The notes under the pieces: model-generated
The model's input: the letters and a program-made list of their open reading frames with translations, nothing else
Told to the model about the DNA's origin: nothing
Databases searched by the model: none
Assembly (NCBI GenBank): GCA_040954595.2
Contig: CM082590.2
Span: 4,774,001-4,838,000 of the forward strand
From: Balanoglossus misakiensis
Lineage: Eukaryota > Animalia > Hemichordata
DNA: 64,000 nucleotides
Direction of reading: 5' to 3'
Position numbers and translations under genes: made by a program
Shown: positions 21,590 through 36,500 of the stretch, piece by piece
How the letters are laid out: each line of letters starts with the position of its first letter
How positions within the stretch are numbered: the first letter of the stretch is position 1

Positions 21590-24500
21590 CTGCAACAAAC
21601 AAGAAGACAATGAAATAAACTTAAGATGTTAACAAACGTTGATTGAAAGAAAATAGTATATTGATCGATGAGATGTAAATGGTGGATGACCGAATAAATC
21701 AATGAATAATGATGGTTGATGTATGTATGTATGTATGTATGTATGTATGTATGTATGTATGTATGTATGTATGTATGTATGTATGTATGTATGTATGTAT
21801 GTATGAATGTAGTATGTATGTATGTATGTATGTATGTATGTATGTATGTATGTATGTATGTATGTATGCATGTATGAATGTAGTATGAATGTAGTATGTA
21901 TGTACGTACGTATGTATGTATGTATGTATGTATGTATGTATGTATGTATGTATGTATGTATGTATGTATGTATGTATGTATGTGATGGTTGGTGGTGGAT
22001 GGATGGTTGGATGGGATGGGTCAAAGGGATGGACGGATTGAGTGATTCATTGATATATGTCTGACTGACTGTCTGGCTGGATGTATAATATGCATTAAAT
22101 ATGTGAGGTGTAATGACAGACACTGATTGGGTGGCCGGATTGGTGGATGAACTATTTGCTGTGTATCTACATTTACCTCGCCAATGCTATCCAGGTAAGA
22201 TGTAGCTATTCTCAGAAAGGGCTCTTTAACCAATGGATCAATTTCCTTTACTTTTTCCACATACGTCTTCCAGTACTGGACAGGAAATTTAAGAAGCTCG
22301 TTACGCCATATTCGCTTCTTGTCCACAATTTCTGCACATAACCTTGGTATTTTTTCTTTCTTCTGTAATGCAATGAAGGAATGGAAAATTTTGAAGAATA
22401 GCCATATTTTCAAATCATACATTCAATGAACTCAGCCATGGAAAATGGGACCAAAGACCATTCCTAACATGTCACATGCAATATAAAAGATATATTGCCG
22501 TCAACATGCCATTACATAATGCTTTTTCATCACTTCTGAACATCTGGAAACTTTCAGTAATCATACCTGTGTTGGTAAGTGTGTATACAACCATCACCAA
22601 CACCAAGAATATGCCCTTAGTATTTGGTGCATTTATATATTATGTTACTACATAACTTGGTTCACTGAGTGAACATGTGGTAAGCAGAAAGGGGATGAAA
22701 GTAGGGAGAAATATTTACAGGAAAAACTGCATACAGATGAAGATTTGATCGGAGTGAGTAATCTAACCTGGCCAATTGTTGTGAGAAATGTTGGATCGAT
22801 CACTCCCATTGAAATTATCATTCTGCTGTAGTGTTTTTATCATTTTTGATTTGACAGATATTAAAATCAATATGATATAAAAATAGTTATGCATTTATGT
22901 TAAACTCACCTTGAACCCACGTAAGATCACACGTAGTCTGCCCATTGCTTCACTTTGAGATTCATGACAATTTACCAAAACTGTCTCATCCACAATATTC
23001 AAATAATCGCCAAATTTCTTCTTCAACTCTTTGCGTACCTTTTCTACAACCCATTTGGCTATAATAGAAAACATAAAATAAACAAATGGGTTATGGTAAT
23101 TACGGATGTACGTGCAAAACGTAAACTGGTAGACTGCGTGAACTTATGGGCATGTCACCATTCCTATGAAATAGAAAAAAATGGGTATTGGGATTTAACT
23201 AGTATTCAAAGTAGGCACCTTCTGACTAAAAGATTGTAAGTAATTATGTCAGATCTTTTGTAAAAAAAAACATTATCGTGCATCTCCTTACAATGTACTG
23301 CTACTTATTGAATAAATACCATCAACATTTGAATGCAGAGACAGATTTGACCAAATTAATATTGGTTTTACATGTACATGCTAGATGGTGTGTGTGCATG
23401 TACCAGTGTGTTTAACAGTATATGCATGTTGTAACTGCAATCAAACTAATTTACTTACCACTCTCTTGTTGAGATTCATCCAACATATCAGCTCTACTTG
23501 CGATCAATATCACAGTTGGTTTGGTGTCTTCACTCCGAGACGAAGCATCATCACTCTTTGGGATGCTGCTTATCATGCCTTTGAAGAACTGGGCCCATAA
23601 GTTGGTCTGTAAATTATCACAATTAATTAATTTCCCAATTACAATCAATCAATCAATCAATCAATCAATCGATCAATGCAATTAATTAATCAATTAATGT
23701 TTTGTGTAATGCAAACATTATTTATAGCTAATGGGCTAGTTTAAATGTAACACAAGTATTTATTTATTAGCCATTCTCAAATGACTAGTTCCATATTTGG
23801 ACATGCATGTAGTCGGTTAAATTTGACATACTTTACAGTTTCTATTTCGTTCTGGTGTGTTTGTGTGTGAAGGGTCATGTCTCACCTCTTTCAGTGCTTG
23901 TTCCAACATCTCTATAGGCTTCTTCAAATGTTTTGGGTCATCTTTCCCCATTTCTGTTATTTTAAACAGAAGCATAAACACAGCATCTTCTGCTCTCAGG
24001 AAAATGTTGTGTGTCACGTAGTACTCACACTGTCCAGCAAAATCCATGACAATGTATTCTCCAACGTTTGGTATGTCGACAGTTTTTACATCAATACCTG
24101 GTGTTGGTGTGTACTCAGTCTTGTCCGGTGGAGGCGGCTTTTCTTCAGCTCGTCGAGTGAAATACGCTTGCCAGAAGCCCTGTATGAAAGTGGTACACAC
24201 AAAACTGCAGTAAGCGTTTGTGTTGACAGTGACTCTGATGGGCGAGTAACACCATCTGTATCATTTAAAGGGACAAAGTCTCTCTCTCGCTGCCCCTTTT
24301 CTGTGAATTATGTTGGATACAAGACACCGTTTATGTTATTCTCCATGTGGATATATCGTGAATCAATGTTTGACAACAAAAATTTCATCCCGTTTGTTGG
24401 ATATATGAGCACAAACTTTGCCAAAATGAATAAATGGTAAAGACCATTTATTCATTTTGGCGAGATTTTAACTCTCATATTCTACAAACATGATGGAAGG

Positions 24501-27500
24501 TGTGTGTGGTCAAACGTTGATATAAAATATATCCACTTGTAGAATTTTAGAATATTACAATATTCAGAAAAAAGTTCATAAGTGAATAATTTCATAGCAT
24601 CATTGCAATAGATAAATAATAAATAAATAACAAACTTGAAACATTGATGAATCAGTCGAAGTGGAAAACAGTGACAATAAAATGTTTGACAAAGATATAA
24701 GTTCAAATATGAAAATCATTGTTACCCGTTGCAAAGATTTCACAAGGGTTGTCTTTCCAACACCACCAAATCCACAGACATGAACTCTGCTACTATTTCG
24801 GGTGATGCCTGGTTCTCTCATCAAAACACTGAATTCAATTTTCCTCTGTTCGGCCTGATGTTAACAAAAAGAACAACATTAACAACAGTCAACAGCATTC
24901 TCAGAAGACTGGCCGAATATTGTCAAAATGGAATGTGATATCAAATGAACACTACACTGCATTAATGACAAAATTTGGCTATGACAGCCTCGTATTTAGT
25001 GTACTTAAAGGGACAAAATCTCCCTCACTGCCCCTTTTCCATTAATTATGTTTAATACAAGACACTGTTTAGGTTAATGTACATGTGTATATGTAGTGAA
25101 TCAATATTCGACCACACACACCTTTCATCCTGCTTGTAGACACGAGAGTGAAAAACTCGCCAAAATGAATAATTGGTGTTTACCGTTGATTCATTTTGGG
25201 GAGATTTTTACTCTCATATCCTACAAAGGGGATGGAAGTTGAGTGTGGTCGAACGTTGATTTAAAATATATCCACTTGTAGAATAACATAAACGGTGTTT
25301 TGTATCCAACAAAATTAATGGAAAATGGCAGTGAGAGAGAGACTTTGTCCCTTTAATTCAAAGAACCAAGTAGAGTGATAAGTCTGGTGTGTAATGCATA
25401 TGTCAAAATGCAGCGATTATGAATTGTGGATGAAACACTCAATAAGAACGATGATACATGTATGTATCATTTATTGGTAACAGAAAGTTGAAAGTAACAA
25501 TAGTATTGTCAGTATTGTCAACAAGTGAACAAGTTCCTATTAAAATCACCAAAGTAAGGAGTACAATATTTTAGACCAACCAATTAATGTAAATTAAACG
25601 AACATATAGCCACAGCAATGGTTTCACTTTGAAATTTAAATTAGAGTGTACAAAGAGGTAAAAACTAATCTCCACTCTCCAAATTGTTTCTTTCAGTTTT
25701 TGTTCTGGATATGAATTACCTGATCTCATTGATGGTTGTATTACAAGTAATAGTGTTCCTTTTGAATATGACAGTTACTTGTATTTATAGGAAATATTAC
25801 CTTCAGCAGGGATTTGACTCTTCTGTCGTCTGCATAATCCATAGGTGTCTTTCCTACCTGTAATGTGGAGTAAAGATTTTAAGCCCATTGATATGATTTG
25901 GTTAAAACTGCTTCATGACGTTTTATGTACAACGGAATCTTCACAAATCTACTATTTGCAAAATATGCTTTGAGTATCGGAATGTGACAGTCGGGACAAT
26001 TTTCATGGTTTTCTAGTGTTACACTTTAACGAGTCTCGTGGCGTTGAGATTGTGCGCGAGGGTGTCTACTTTGATTAACACATTTCTCAGAATGCCTCAC
26101 TAATCTCTGCAAATAAAAATGGCTGCTATGGATAATAGTTAAGCGAGTTTCACTGACAGTACAGTTTCTACTAGTATAATGGTGACAGTACATATTTTGT
26201 GCGAGAGAGGGTGGTGTCAGAAGGACTGACATGAGACGACATTATGAAAGTGATAGTTCGACTCGGCGAGCAAACGTGATAGTACACGCATCATATCATC
26301 AGTAGGAATGCCGCATTCGAGCCGTTTGGATCCCTGATCCAAGTCGCACCCACAATGCACTGCTGTTGAAGTGGGGCGGCATAACAAAAAATTTCATATC
26401 GATTGTGCATTTTGTGATAAAAGCTCAGATGGGTGTTAATGTGTAATTAACTCCATCGGCCATGTAACGCCGGGGACACATAGACTTGTATGCAGGGCTA
26501 GGAACACACATTCATGTACGCACAGACACATACAACACAACCCAACTCAGAACTCAGCACTCGGCATGAATTGAACGAAGAAATAGCTCCAGCAAAGCCA
26601 AAGGGATGACCGTATGTACATGTATACTCATACACATTTGAATGTCAAGTTTGCATTGTTTTTACGGCCGCCAAGCAGAAAATTCGTTTCGGGATTTTGA
26701 CAAATAACATCGGAGAGGGCAAGTGACAGGCAAACATCAGAAAACAGATTATGTCTCATGACACACAGGGACAGTGTGATTTTCAACATTACCTACACAG
26801 TCATAAATTTCGACAACGTGTGGTGGGAAAGTATTTATAATAAAATTAGACATGACCACAGCAACACGTGGCAAAGGCAAGCCAAGTTCTGACATGAATA
26901 TTGCGATCGTACTGGTGAATTTTACGGCTTCCCAGCAGCCAGCAATCTAGACTTATCAACTGAAGACCCATCTCCGAAAAAGTTATTATTTTCAGAAATT
27001 TGCACTTAGTTTAATTCCACTTTCCTCATGCAACGGAAGATGTGGAATGTTTTAAAAAATCTATGCTTTTCACTAGCTTCCGCCCATTTGCATAATACGC
27101 CCTTTACGGTAACAACAAACTGTACCCGGAAACGCATACACTAAATGATTTCATGTCTTCTTAGAAACACAGAGAAAAAACTGCCAGATTTGATCACCCT
27201 GAAATTTTACCCATCCTAAATGCAAAATACATAATTAATTCATCAAGCCATCGACCGACCTCATTATGGCAAGTTTCTACGGCAGTTTTAGCCTAAGTCG
27301 CGAAACTTGGATTGAGCATTGTTTGAATCGTGAACTGGTAGCATAGGTCACACTATATAGAGATTACTCGATACTAGTATACTCATGTCATCAATGGTGC
27401 AATTCAATTGCTGTCATGCCCGTCTACGCTATGGTGGGCTGTTTCATTCATTCTAAAAATGAATCTTAAAATCTAACTTCAGGGATTTGTGGGTACATTT

Positions 27501-30500
27501 TCATCAACAAACATTTAGCGGCAAGACGAGTGCTTCCGTTTACATGTAAAGTTTTATAACCAGTATATTTTAATACAAGATGGCAGGCTAAATATTTATT
27601 GATCAGTACTGAAATAGAGGATTTCTTCCATGCTTATATCAGTGAGAGGGGTTCTGATGTATTTGACCTAGACTATGATACATATTAATATTTACAATAA
27701 TATAAATCTGCTGAACTTGATCTCACATTCAACAAAACAAACAAATTAATTTCACTTTTTAAATCATGACAAACTGTGCTTTTAAACAAACAATACATTG
27801 AAATATATTTTTTTACAGAATCCATAATTAACAAGACAGGCTGTCATTGGTAAAAATAGGTTGTAAAGTTTGAGTCGTTGGAAACATGGCAGAGGGATAG
27901 TCGTCAACTATTTTTATATTGAACTAATTTCAAAAATGTGTGATAATGATAATAAGCCGTGTCAACTGATGTGTGAGTGTAGAATAGAATTAGCGTGATT
28001 ACAGTAACTTACTTTATCCTTCACATCGATGCTGGCATTGGATTGCAGTAGAAGTTTCACCACGCCACCACGGCCATATCGTGCTGCATGGTGTAACGGT
28101 GCCCAACCATACTGTGGGAATACAACAAAAAGGTGTCACTGAAAATCCCTGACTATAAGTGTATAATGGAACACGCAATGTTTCATTAAGCATGCACTGT
28201 TACACACATTCTGAAACATTCATTTTAGAGATGGCATAACATGTTTTGCCGACGACTTTTTTTTTTTTTGGGGGGGGGGGGTAAATTGATAGTAGGATAC
28301 ATCCCAGTCCCCCACGTAATGGACATAAATGCATGATGTGGTGATAGGGCTCTGACCTTTGAGGGTACATTAACATCACAGGTATTCGTTTACTTGAGAT
28401 TTGTGATACGCGCGTCTGTTGTTTTCAGTTGAAGATACCCTCTGTACAATACCTCAAACTGACAATGATCTAAATATTATAAAAGACTAGACAGCAGTTT
28501 CATTACCCTTTGAAAGAGCATTGAGATGAGCCAATCAAAGAACACCAATTATGAATCACAGGTAAGAAATATGCGGAACCACTGTTGACATTCAAATGAT
28601 TATGGTGGACTTCAGCCTGACAGCTTTTTTTAGTCTTGCCAGCCAGACCTCTCTCTCTGTCATTCAATGGCATAGCCACACGAAGTGCGCCACGAGCGGT
28701 GAAGACACACGAATCGAACATCGGAGACAACGTCGCCGCTTGTGGCGCCCTTCGTGTGCCTGGCCGCGACGTCGACGGATAGCGAGGTCTGTCAGGCAAG
28801 TAGTCTCGGTTATCCAGAGCCCTTTGCTTCTTCCGTTGGGCACTGCAAATAGAGGGTCTGGGGAAATACCATAGACAAATCTGCGCCGGGCAAAGATGGC
28901 CGACTTGAGACAAAAAGCGATGCAGAAGCGGTCCAGAAATATCATGCAAGGGGTGGAGGGAACAGCGTTCAGCCGTCTCGATGGACTCTTGCACGCTCAA
29001 ATGACGGATGCAACGCACTGAGTGTGTAATGTGTTGAAAACTGCATCTGCTGGCTCTGAACCTTTAGCGCAACCAAAGTAATCTAAGTAATTAATGCATC
29101 GGTACACACAAACATACGACACAACCCAACACAGAACTCAACACTCGGCATGAACTGAAAGCAGCAAATGCTCCAGCGAAGCCAGAGTTATGACCGTATG
29201 TACATGTAGACTCATACACATCTGAATGTAAAGTTTGTATTGGCTTTATGGCTGCCAAATGGAAAGTTTTTTTAAGGGTTTTGACAAATATCTTTGGAGT
29301 AGGCAAGTGACAGGCGCGCATCAGGAAACTAATTATATCTCATGAAACGCGGTGACAGTGGGATTTTCACCATTACCTACACAGTCATCAACTTCGACAA
29401 CATGTGGTGGGAAGGTATTTAAAATAAAATTAGACATAACCACAGCAACACGTGACAAAAGGCAAGCCAAATTCTGACAGGATCATTGCGATCGTACTGT
29501 TGAACTTGTAGGGCTTCATCCTCCCGCCGGTGGAACAGCTGCATTTCCACAGCTACTGAAGATACAACTCCGAAAAAGTTGGGTTTTCAGAAATTTAATT
29601 CCACTTTCCTCGTGCAACAGAAGATTAAGAACGTGTTTTGCTTTCCAAAAATCTACGCTGGACGCCCATTTGTATAATACGCCCTTTACGGTAACAATTA
29701 ACTTTACCCGGAAACGCCTACACTAGATGATTTCATTTCTTCGTACAAACACAGAGAAATAAACTGTCAGGTTTAATCCCCCTGAAATTTTTCCTTGCCT
29801 CAATGCAAAGTACAGAATAATTTTTCAAGACATCGACCGACCGTGTTATGGCAAGTGTTCACGGCTGTTTAGCCAACATCGCGAAACTTATTATAGGCTT
29901 ATATTGAGCATTCCATTTGTGAACAGATAAACTGTTAGGCGTGGGTCACACTATAAATGGCTCACTCGATATACTCAAAAGTGAATTCGTTCGTCTAAAA
30001 ATATATGTAACCCGGTTTACAAAATAAACCATGTGATAGTCATGTGATATACTGTCCCAAGGGAGGATCATTTCCCTCCAAATAGGGTCACGTGATAAAA
30101 GTTTCAGTCACGTAATGACTTTTCCTATATTAAACAATGTGAGACCGACAAGTTTTAGCCCGTTGATGGTTAACACTTCTGTGGACAAAGTGTTTGAAAT
30201 TTGCAGCGTTTCTTGTTAGGGAATGGCCCAGAGACGGTGTGGTTGGTCTTTCGAACAGTTTTATTTGAAACCTACAGGTACGTTAACTCATTCTTTGTGA
30301 TGCAGAATCGAGCATCTCTCTCTCGCTGCCCTTTTCTTATTAATTTTGTTTGATACAAGACACAGTTTACGTTAATGTACATGTGGATATACAGTGAATC
30401 AAAGTTCAACCACACACAACTTCCATCCGGTTTGTAGCATATGCGATTAAAAATCCAGCCCAAATGAAAAAATGGTAAACACTGATTATTCATTTTGGCG

Positions 30501-33500
30501 AGTTTTTCACTTTCGTGTCTACAAGTGGGATGGAAGTTGTGTGTGGTCGTATGTTGAATCACTATATATCCACATGTAGAATAACATAAACAGTGTCTTG
30601 TATCAAACAAAATTATTGGAAAAAGGGCAGCGAGAGAGACTTTGTCCCTTTAAATGTTAAATGACTTGTAAGGTCAAAGCATTGTTATTGCTGTGAAGTG
30701 CCTTTTGTCCTTTGCCGTGTTCGGAGCATATTTGAGAAAACAACCTCGTGGTTTCAGTACCGTAGTTAGTATTGCGGCCGGACTAGGTTATTACCAGAAT
30801 TTTAGAAAGAAAGTTTGAAGTTGTAGTTTGTTTACAGTGTTTATATTTGACCTTCAGTAAAAGATCGGTGGCTTATGTAACGCCATTTTAGTTTGACCTT
30901 TGAACCACAGGCGCTTGTGTAGATGCTATTTCAGTTTTTTATTAATTGTAAAGTGACTAAAAACGATAAATCAGTAGCTTAGACGATCTCCCGAATTTGC
31001 GTCAAACGAGCGCTCTCGCTATGTTCGGGCCTAGCCTGCCTATACCCCACTGACACATAAAGAGATTAAAGGTAGGAAAGCTCTCGCTGGTAAACATTTC
31101 TGAAATCGACGAAATAAAGTGGTTGCTGGCAATTCCAGAGTCTCAAACTTCACACCAAGCATTCACAGTGCTCACAAAATCGATCGACGCCTTCCTTTTA
31201 CCTAACTCACCCAATCGATCCCTAAAAATGCGGAAAAAATCGCTATCTCTCTGTCCAGACAAACTCTGCTTGCCCAACCATTTTCAGGTATATACGGGTG
31301 TCTCAAAACACATTGTGCGACAAGAAAGTGCTAGTCGCACTTTGAGGGAAATGCTATCTGCGACCACTAGCACTTTGATTCTGCGACCACTAGCACTTTG
31401 ATTCTGCGACCACTGGTACTTGCATTGTGCGCTGTGATCATTTGCGACCAACAAGCTTGAATAAAAACCAGTTTCAAAAAGCACAGTCGTATCGATCGAG
31501 GGGTTTTGAAAGTATCGCGACATTCAACTTTCTTTCAAGATGATAACTTGATATGTTGTACTCGTGTCATGTACAAAATACACGATCCACGTAATTTCCG
31601 TTTGGTTAAATACTGACCTTTCATTTCTACTAGATCATATCCAAGTCTGATTTTACACCGACTTTAATAAGAACTCTGGTTTGTCGATTTTTGTAGCTGA
31701 GTAAAACTAGCTATTAAACGAGCGCGAAATGCGCATTTGCGATGCGATGACAACACAATCGCCATTTTTGAATGACATGACCTTTGACATCGTAGAATAT
31801 GGTCAAGGTCGCGCTGCACTCATCAGATGAATCGCTCGATGAATCTGACTACTTGCTTCCGTGATCGGTATACTTGCCTTTAGCGGTTTTATGTCTAAAT
31901 AAAGGTAATATTTTTATGTTGAAAAACGACTGTGTGTATTTCTGTAGCATGAGTGCAGTTAAGTGTTGTGCGCGCCCACATGAACCCGTGACCTTTGCGT
32001 GTTAAAAATAGGACTTCAAGATGCCGATACGATCGAGTACAGTACTTACGTTAATAAACTTTTTCCTTTATTCTGTCTATATAAATAATGTTTTATCAAC
32101 GTTTTCTCATTGCATTGATGTTTTAGTCTGAGAGCAATACGCAGCTATGTACAGTTGTGGTTGCATGTTTGTACAAACAGTACGGAAAGGCGACGCAACG
32201 GCCGGGGCATTTGCTTTGTTAACTCGATCAATGACTGCCGCACTTATCAACGTGACGAACTTGGGATCGGCCGGGAAAGCATCGGGCATTGACGTTGCCT
32301 TGTCGAATCGTTCACACCTCGTTACTGTCAATGGGGTATTAATTGCGCACATAAGTTACACAACCAATAAAAAATCTTGTAGCAGAATGCAAGTGCTAGT
32401 GGTCGCAGAATCAAAGTGCTAGTGGTCGCAGAATGCAAGTGCTAGTGGTCGCAGAATCAAAGTGCTAGTGGTCGCAGAATCAAAGTGCTAGTGGTCGCAG
32501 ATAGCATTTCCCTCAAAGTGCGACTAGCACTTTCTTGTCGCACAATGTGTTTTGAGACACCCATACATAACTCCCATTTTGAAAGGTCATTCACCTAGAA
32601 ACTTGCGCAGGCGCATACCTTCTGTCATAACCATGGCGTCATTTTAGAAACTTTAACAGACTGTTAAAACGCCTGTGAAATCAAGGCGCGTTTTGGAAAA
32701 TGTATTAAAAATAGATTTCTCTAAGGTCCCTAGAAATGCATGTTACGTGACCACTGTATAAAAAAGGTGGTTGGGCACAGTGACTGCGTGTACTTGTTCC
32801 ATATGTAGTATGCGCATGTACACGTTTCTAAGTGAATGACCCATCATCTTTGTTTACAAAATGAGATGTCTTTCGAACAGTTTTATTTGAAATCTACAGA
32901 ACTGTGCTGAGTGTTGAATTCGGAACTGTGGATTGTATACTATTGCAAGCCCGAGTGGGAAGCCCTAGATGCGTGCGTGTGTATAGGAAAATACCCGTTG
33001 CGTGTGTGGAGGGATACTCGTCTACTCGTCTGCAACGTAGATCGTGACAACACAGGCCAGGACTCGCCGGTTGCCAGGGACCGATTTACGATGTTGACAC
33101 AGCCAGATCCGTTCATGGTTTAGCTGAACAGCTAAGTTGAATAGACTATAGGGTTTCTGTTTTGATGAACACTGGACTTATTTCAGTGATAACACAGTGG
33201 ACTAGTGGATTTCTATGCAAGTCATTTATTCAGTGTTTCGATCATTGTAAAGCAACCCATATTTCTGTTAGATAGTTATCTAGTATCATAGCAATAAAAT
33301 AGCAATACTGTTGACTGCTAAAAAATTGTGCGATATCTGTTCTTGTTGTTGACCTTGAATGTTGACTTGTGTTGTGAATAACCAAATCAAACTCTGGGTT
33401 ACATATATAAGAATTCCACATAGTCACGGACCAAAAACTAACCTCAAACTCTTTCATACTCTGCATAATATTAGTATATATGTGTGTCGGTTTATTGCAG

Positions 33501-36500
33501 TAACACTAGTTTCGTGATTGACATCCCGAATGTCGTCAACACTACAAAATATAAGTACAGACAACAGTGTCACCTTTTTGGCCGTTTGGGCTATTGGTGA
33601 GTGAGCATGTAAAGCCACTTACATCATTCTTAGCATTGACGTCAGCTCCATGGTCGATCAACACTTGTGCCGCTTCCAGTTTATTGTTGTAGGCCGCTAC
33701 ATGCAATGCTGTGGATTCATCCTGAAATTGACAAATTCATTTGAATTAAAATAAACACAAGGTATGTTCCAGTGTTGGACTTGTAAGGTGACATGGCTAT
33801 AATTTCACTGCAATCGATTTGTAACTGTAAGTGTTGACTTATATTATGAGTTAAATGTGTGTAGCATCTATAGTTGTTTCAGACCAAAACACTCTATTGT
33901 TTCAGAGAACATTTATAATGTGTCCTATAGACTTTTCTAACAAGTGTAACACTATAAAATTCTAATATAATGTAGCGCACTATACATGTTTATGCACACT
34001 CATAGGTGCAACAGGTCTTAATATTATTTCATAAATTACATTGATATGTTCAAATTTTCAATCACACCAAGTACTCTAACAGATAAACATGGCGGACGTG
34101 AAACACCCGACACACACAATCCCCTGTTTCTCTGTTGATGTAAGTTAATATTTAGGTATAGCCTGCTATGAACCCGACGTTGGTACGTTCAGTACATCAA
34201 TGTTATAATTATTGAATGTTGCTAGGAAACATCAAAAAAAGAATTGTCTAAACCAATCTGGACATTTCTCTTAAATTTGTCTTTTTTAAAAAGCGTTTGT
34301 AGTATCCATTGAATGGAACTGAAATCACATATGTCTGGTTCACTGAATTTATGTGACAATCTGATTAAAATCAGATGTAGAGTTAGGCGTTGTCTTTACC
34401 TATGGTGATCATTTTGGCTGTTCTGTTCTCTGTCTTGGCGGTTCTCGGGTGGATGGTCCCTATCTGAACAGAAAAGCCAAGAATCAGCAATAGTAAAGAC
34501 ACCGCCTAACTCTACATCCGATATAACCAGATAGTTTTGTGACAATCTGAGACGATCCCTAAGCTTACAATGGCACATAATTCATGGGGCACATGTAATC
34601 ACTAGCTTCCTCCACAAATAAATATATCGTCCAAATGGCAACTCTCCAGCCTGCAATGACACAGATTCCACATATTCATCGGGTGTCCGCAAATGAAACA
34701 TTTCAGCCTGGCCTTGTCACGACTCTGATATTCTCCCTGTATTCCCCATAGACAAGCACTATGTCCTTACTCTGGCATTGTTCTATGTCCATCGAGATAC
34801 AGTAACACGTTCATCTCCACACATGTGTGTTTACTCAATCAAGTAATTTCTTCAGCTAAGATATCCATCGAAGAGCCAGAGGAAATAAATATTACAATCA
34901 ATCAACAGCTGACCAACCTCAAAGATTCAAATCACGCCTGAAGAATACACTTGTAATACAAACACCACAGACTAAATAAATCCGCACTTTTCGTTTATAA
35001 GGGCAACCAATGGCACTCTTTTCCATGACCATATTCACCTGAATTTCAGTCGACTTACGACGCGGGATTTTTAATCTCTATGTTGTGTCGCTTTTGTGTT
35101 TTTAATTTTATTGTAAACACTTTCATTTATTATGACATTTGCATCCATCTAGACTTGTCAACAACCGCGCCACAGACTGTTACTGGTCACAATATACTGT
35201 ACAGATACTTGGACATATTATCCAACACTATGTTCTTATTCGTTTCAGTTTCAAATTTTCTTTCTAACCTCAAATTGCTATAAGAGAAACAAAGGAGGAA
35301 ACAAGCTTCATTTTCTCACACAATTTTGCTATTTTAAATGCATTAAGCTGGTATATCAAACACAGGAAAGGCTTTGCGTTCATCAATAAAGTCAAGGTCA
35401 AGACGTTTGCCGCTTCAGATTCGTTACCTGTGTGACTGGGTTGTACGTGTGAAATGTTGAGTGAGGCAGTGTAAATACTTACAACAAGCGAGTATTTACC
35501 CTTTGCATTGACATCGTACCCATCTGCTATCAACGACCGAATCCTTGCAACATCACCATCCCTAGCGGCATTAAAGAGATCCTATAACATTCAGTGAAAC
35601 ATACAATTGTTATTTTTTAATTATTCCTTTAAAAATAAAATTCTTCAGAATTTTAACTGATCTTCGATAATGAATAAACAAAATCACAAACACCAAGATA
35701 TCATACCTAAACTGTTACATCACATTGTATAAACTTTGTGCATCGATGATATGTTAATGTATTCTAATTACACATAAACGTATACGGCTTACACCAAAAT
35801 ATAGATACATGTACTGGAAAATGCCCGGATGAGCCCATGGACTCATGATAAGGCAACAGTCTCAAGAGAACGGTGAAGAAATGCAATGAAAGTATCACCA
35901 TGAATGTTTGTCCAAACTGTGTGGGCAAGTTATTGTGTAGCTGTAGTAGTGTGTGGGTCGCGTGACAGCTTTGTATACCTTGTCGCTGATGTGCTTCCCA
36001 AGAAGCATTTTTGACTGTTTGATAGGGCTTGCATAATTTCCATAAAAGAAATGTGAACAAGGTTATGGTCAATTGACTGTCCAACTACTCTATTGTTACA
36101 GTCTACAGATTTGGGATGTCGTCATGTTGGTCAGAACATGGAATCAACAACCGACGGTCAGCAATGAACGTCACAGCACGGCTGTCACTACACGGCCAAC
36201 GGATAACACTTGTTTCCGTTGTGATCAGCCATAATGCCACGGTCTATGTAGACTAGTTCCTTTCTATCGGTTAGAATGTCTCGCTTTTATAGTAGTTAAC
36301 CGTACGCGCTTAGGGACTGGTCAGTTTCTTCGGCCGGGGGTGGATTCTATTTTGTGGATATCCCCTCCTTCATTGACCATACAAAAGTGGGTGAAACCCC
36401 GCCATCCCCCCCCCCATCACCCAATTCCAAAACAGGGTGACCTCTCCCATGAATACACCGCCCCACCCAAGGCAAAGAAACTGACCAGTCCCTTATTTCG

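Noticed and set aside
21629-22123. HTYI/MYVC-repeat ORFs
   Set aside because: Translation of the (TATG)n microsatellite.
28503-29018. GC-rich overlapping ORFs of 92-171 aa
   Set aside because: No recognisable motif or splice context; adjacent to a repeat copy and probably TE-internal.
31358-32500. 23-bp repeats resembling a CRISPR array
   Set aside because: Head-to-tail with no spacers, arranged as inverted subterminal repeats of a MITE; eukaryotic context with no cas genes.
35500-35581. Alternative donor G|gtaaat at 35500 for the N-cap exon
   Set aside because: It gives 82 bp and a frameshift; the gtaagt donor at 35483 gives 99 bp in phase 0.
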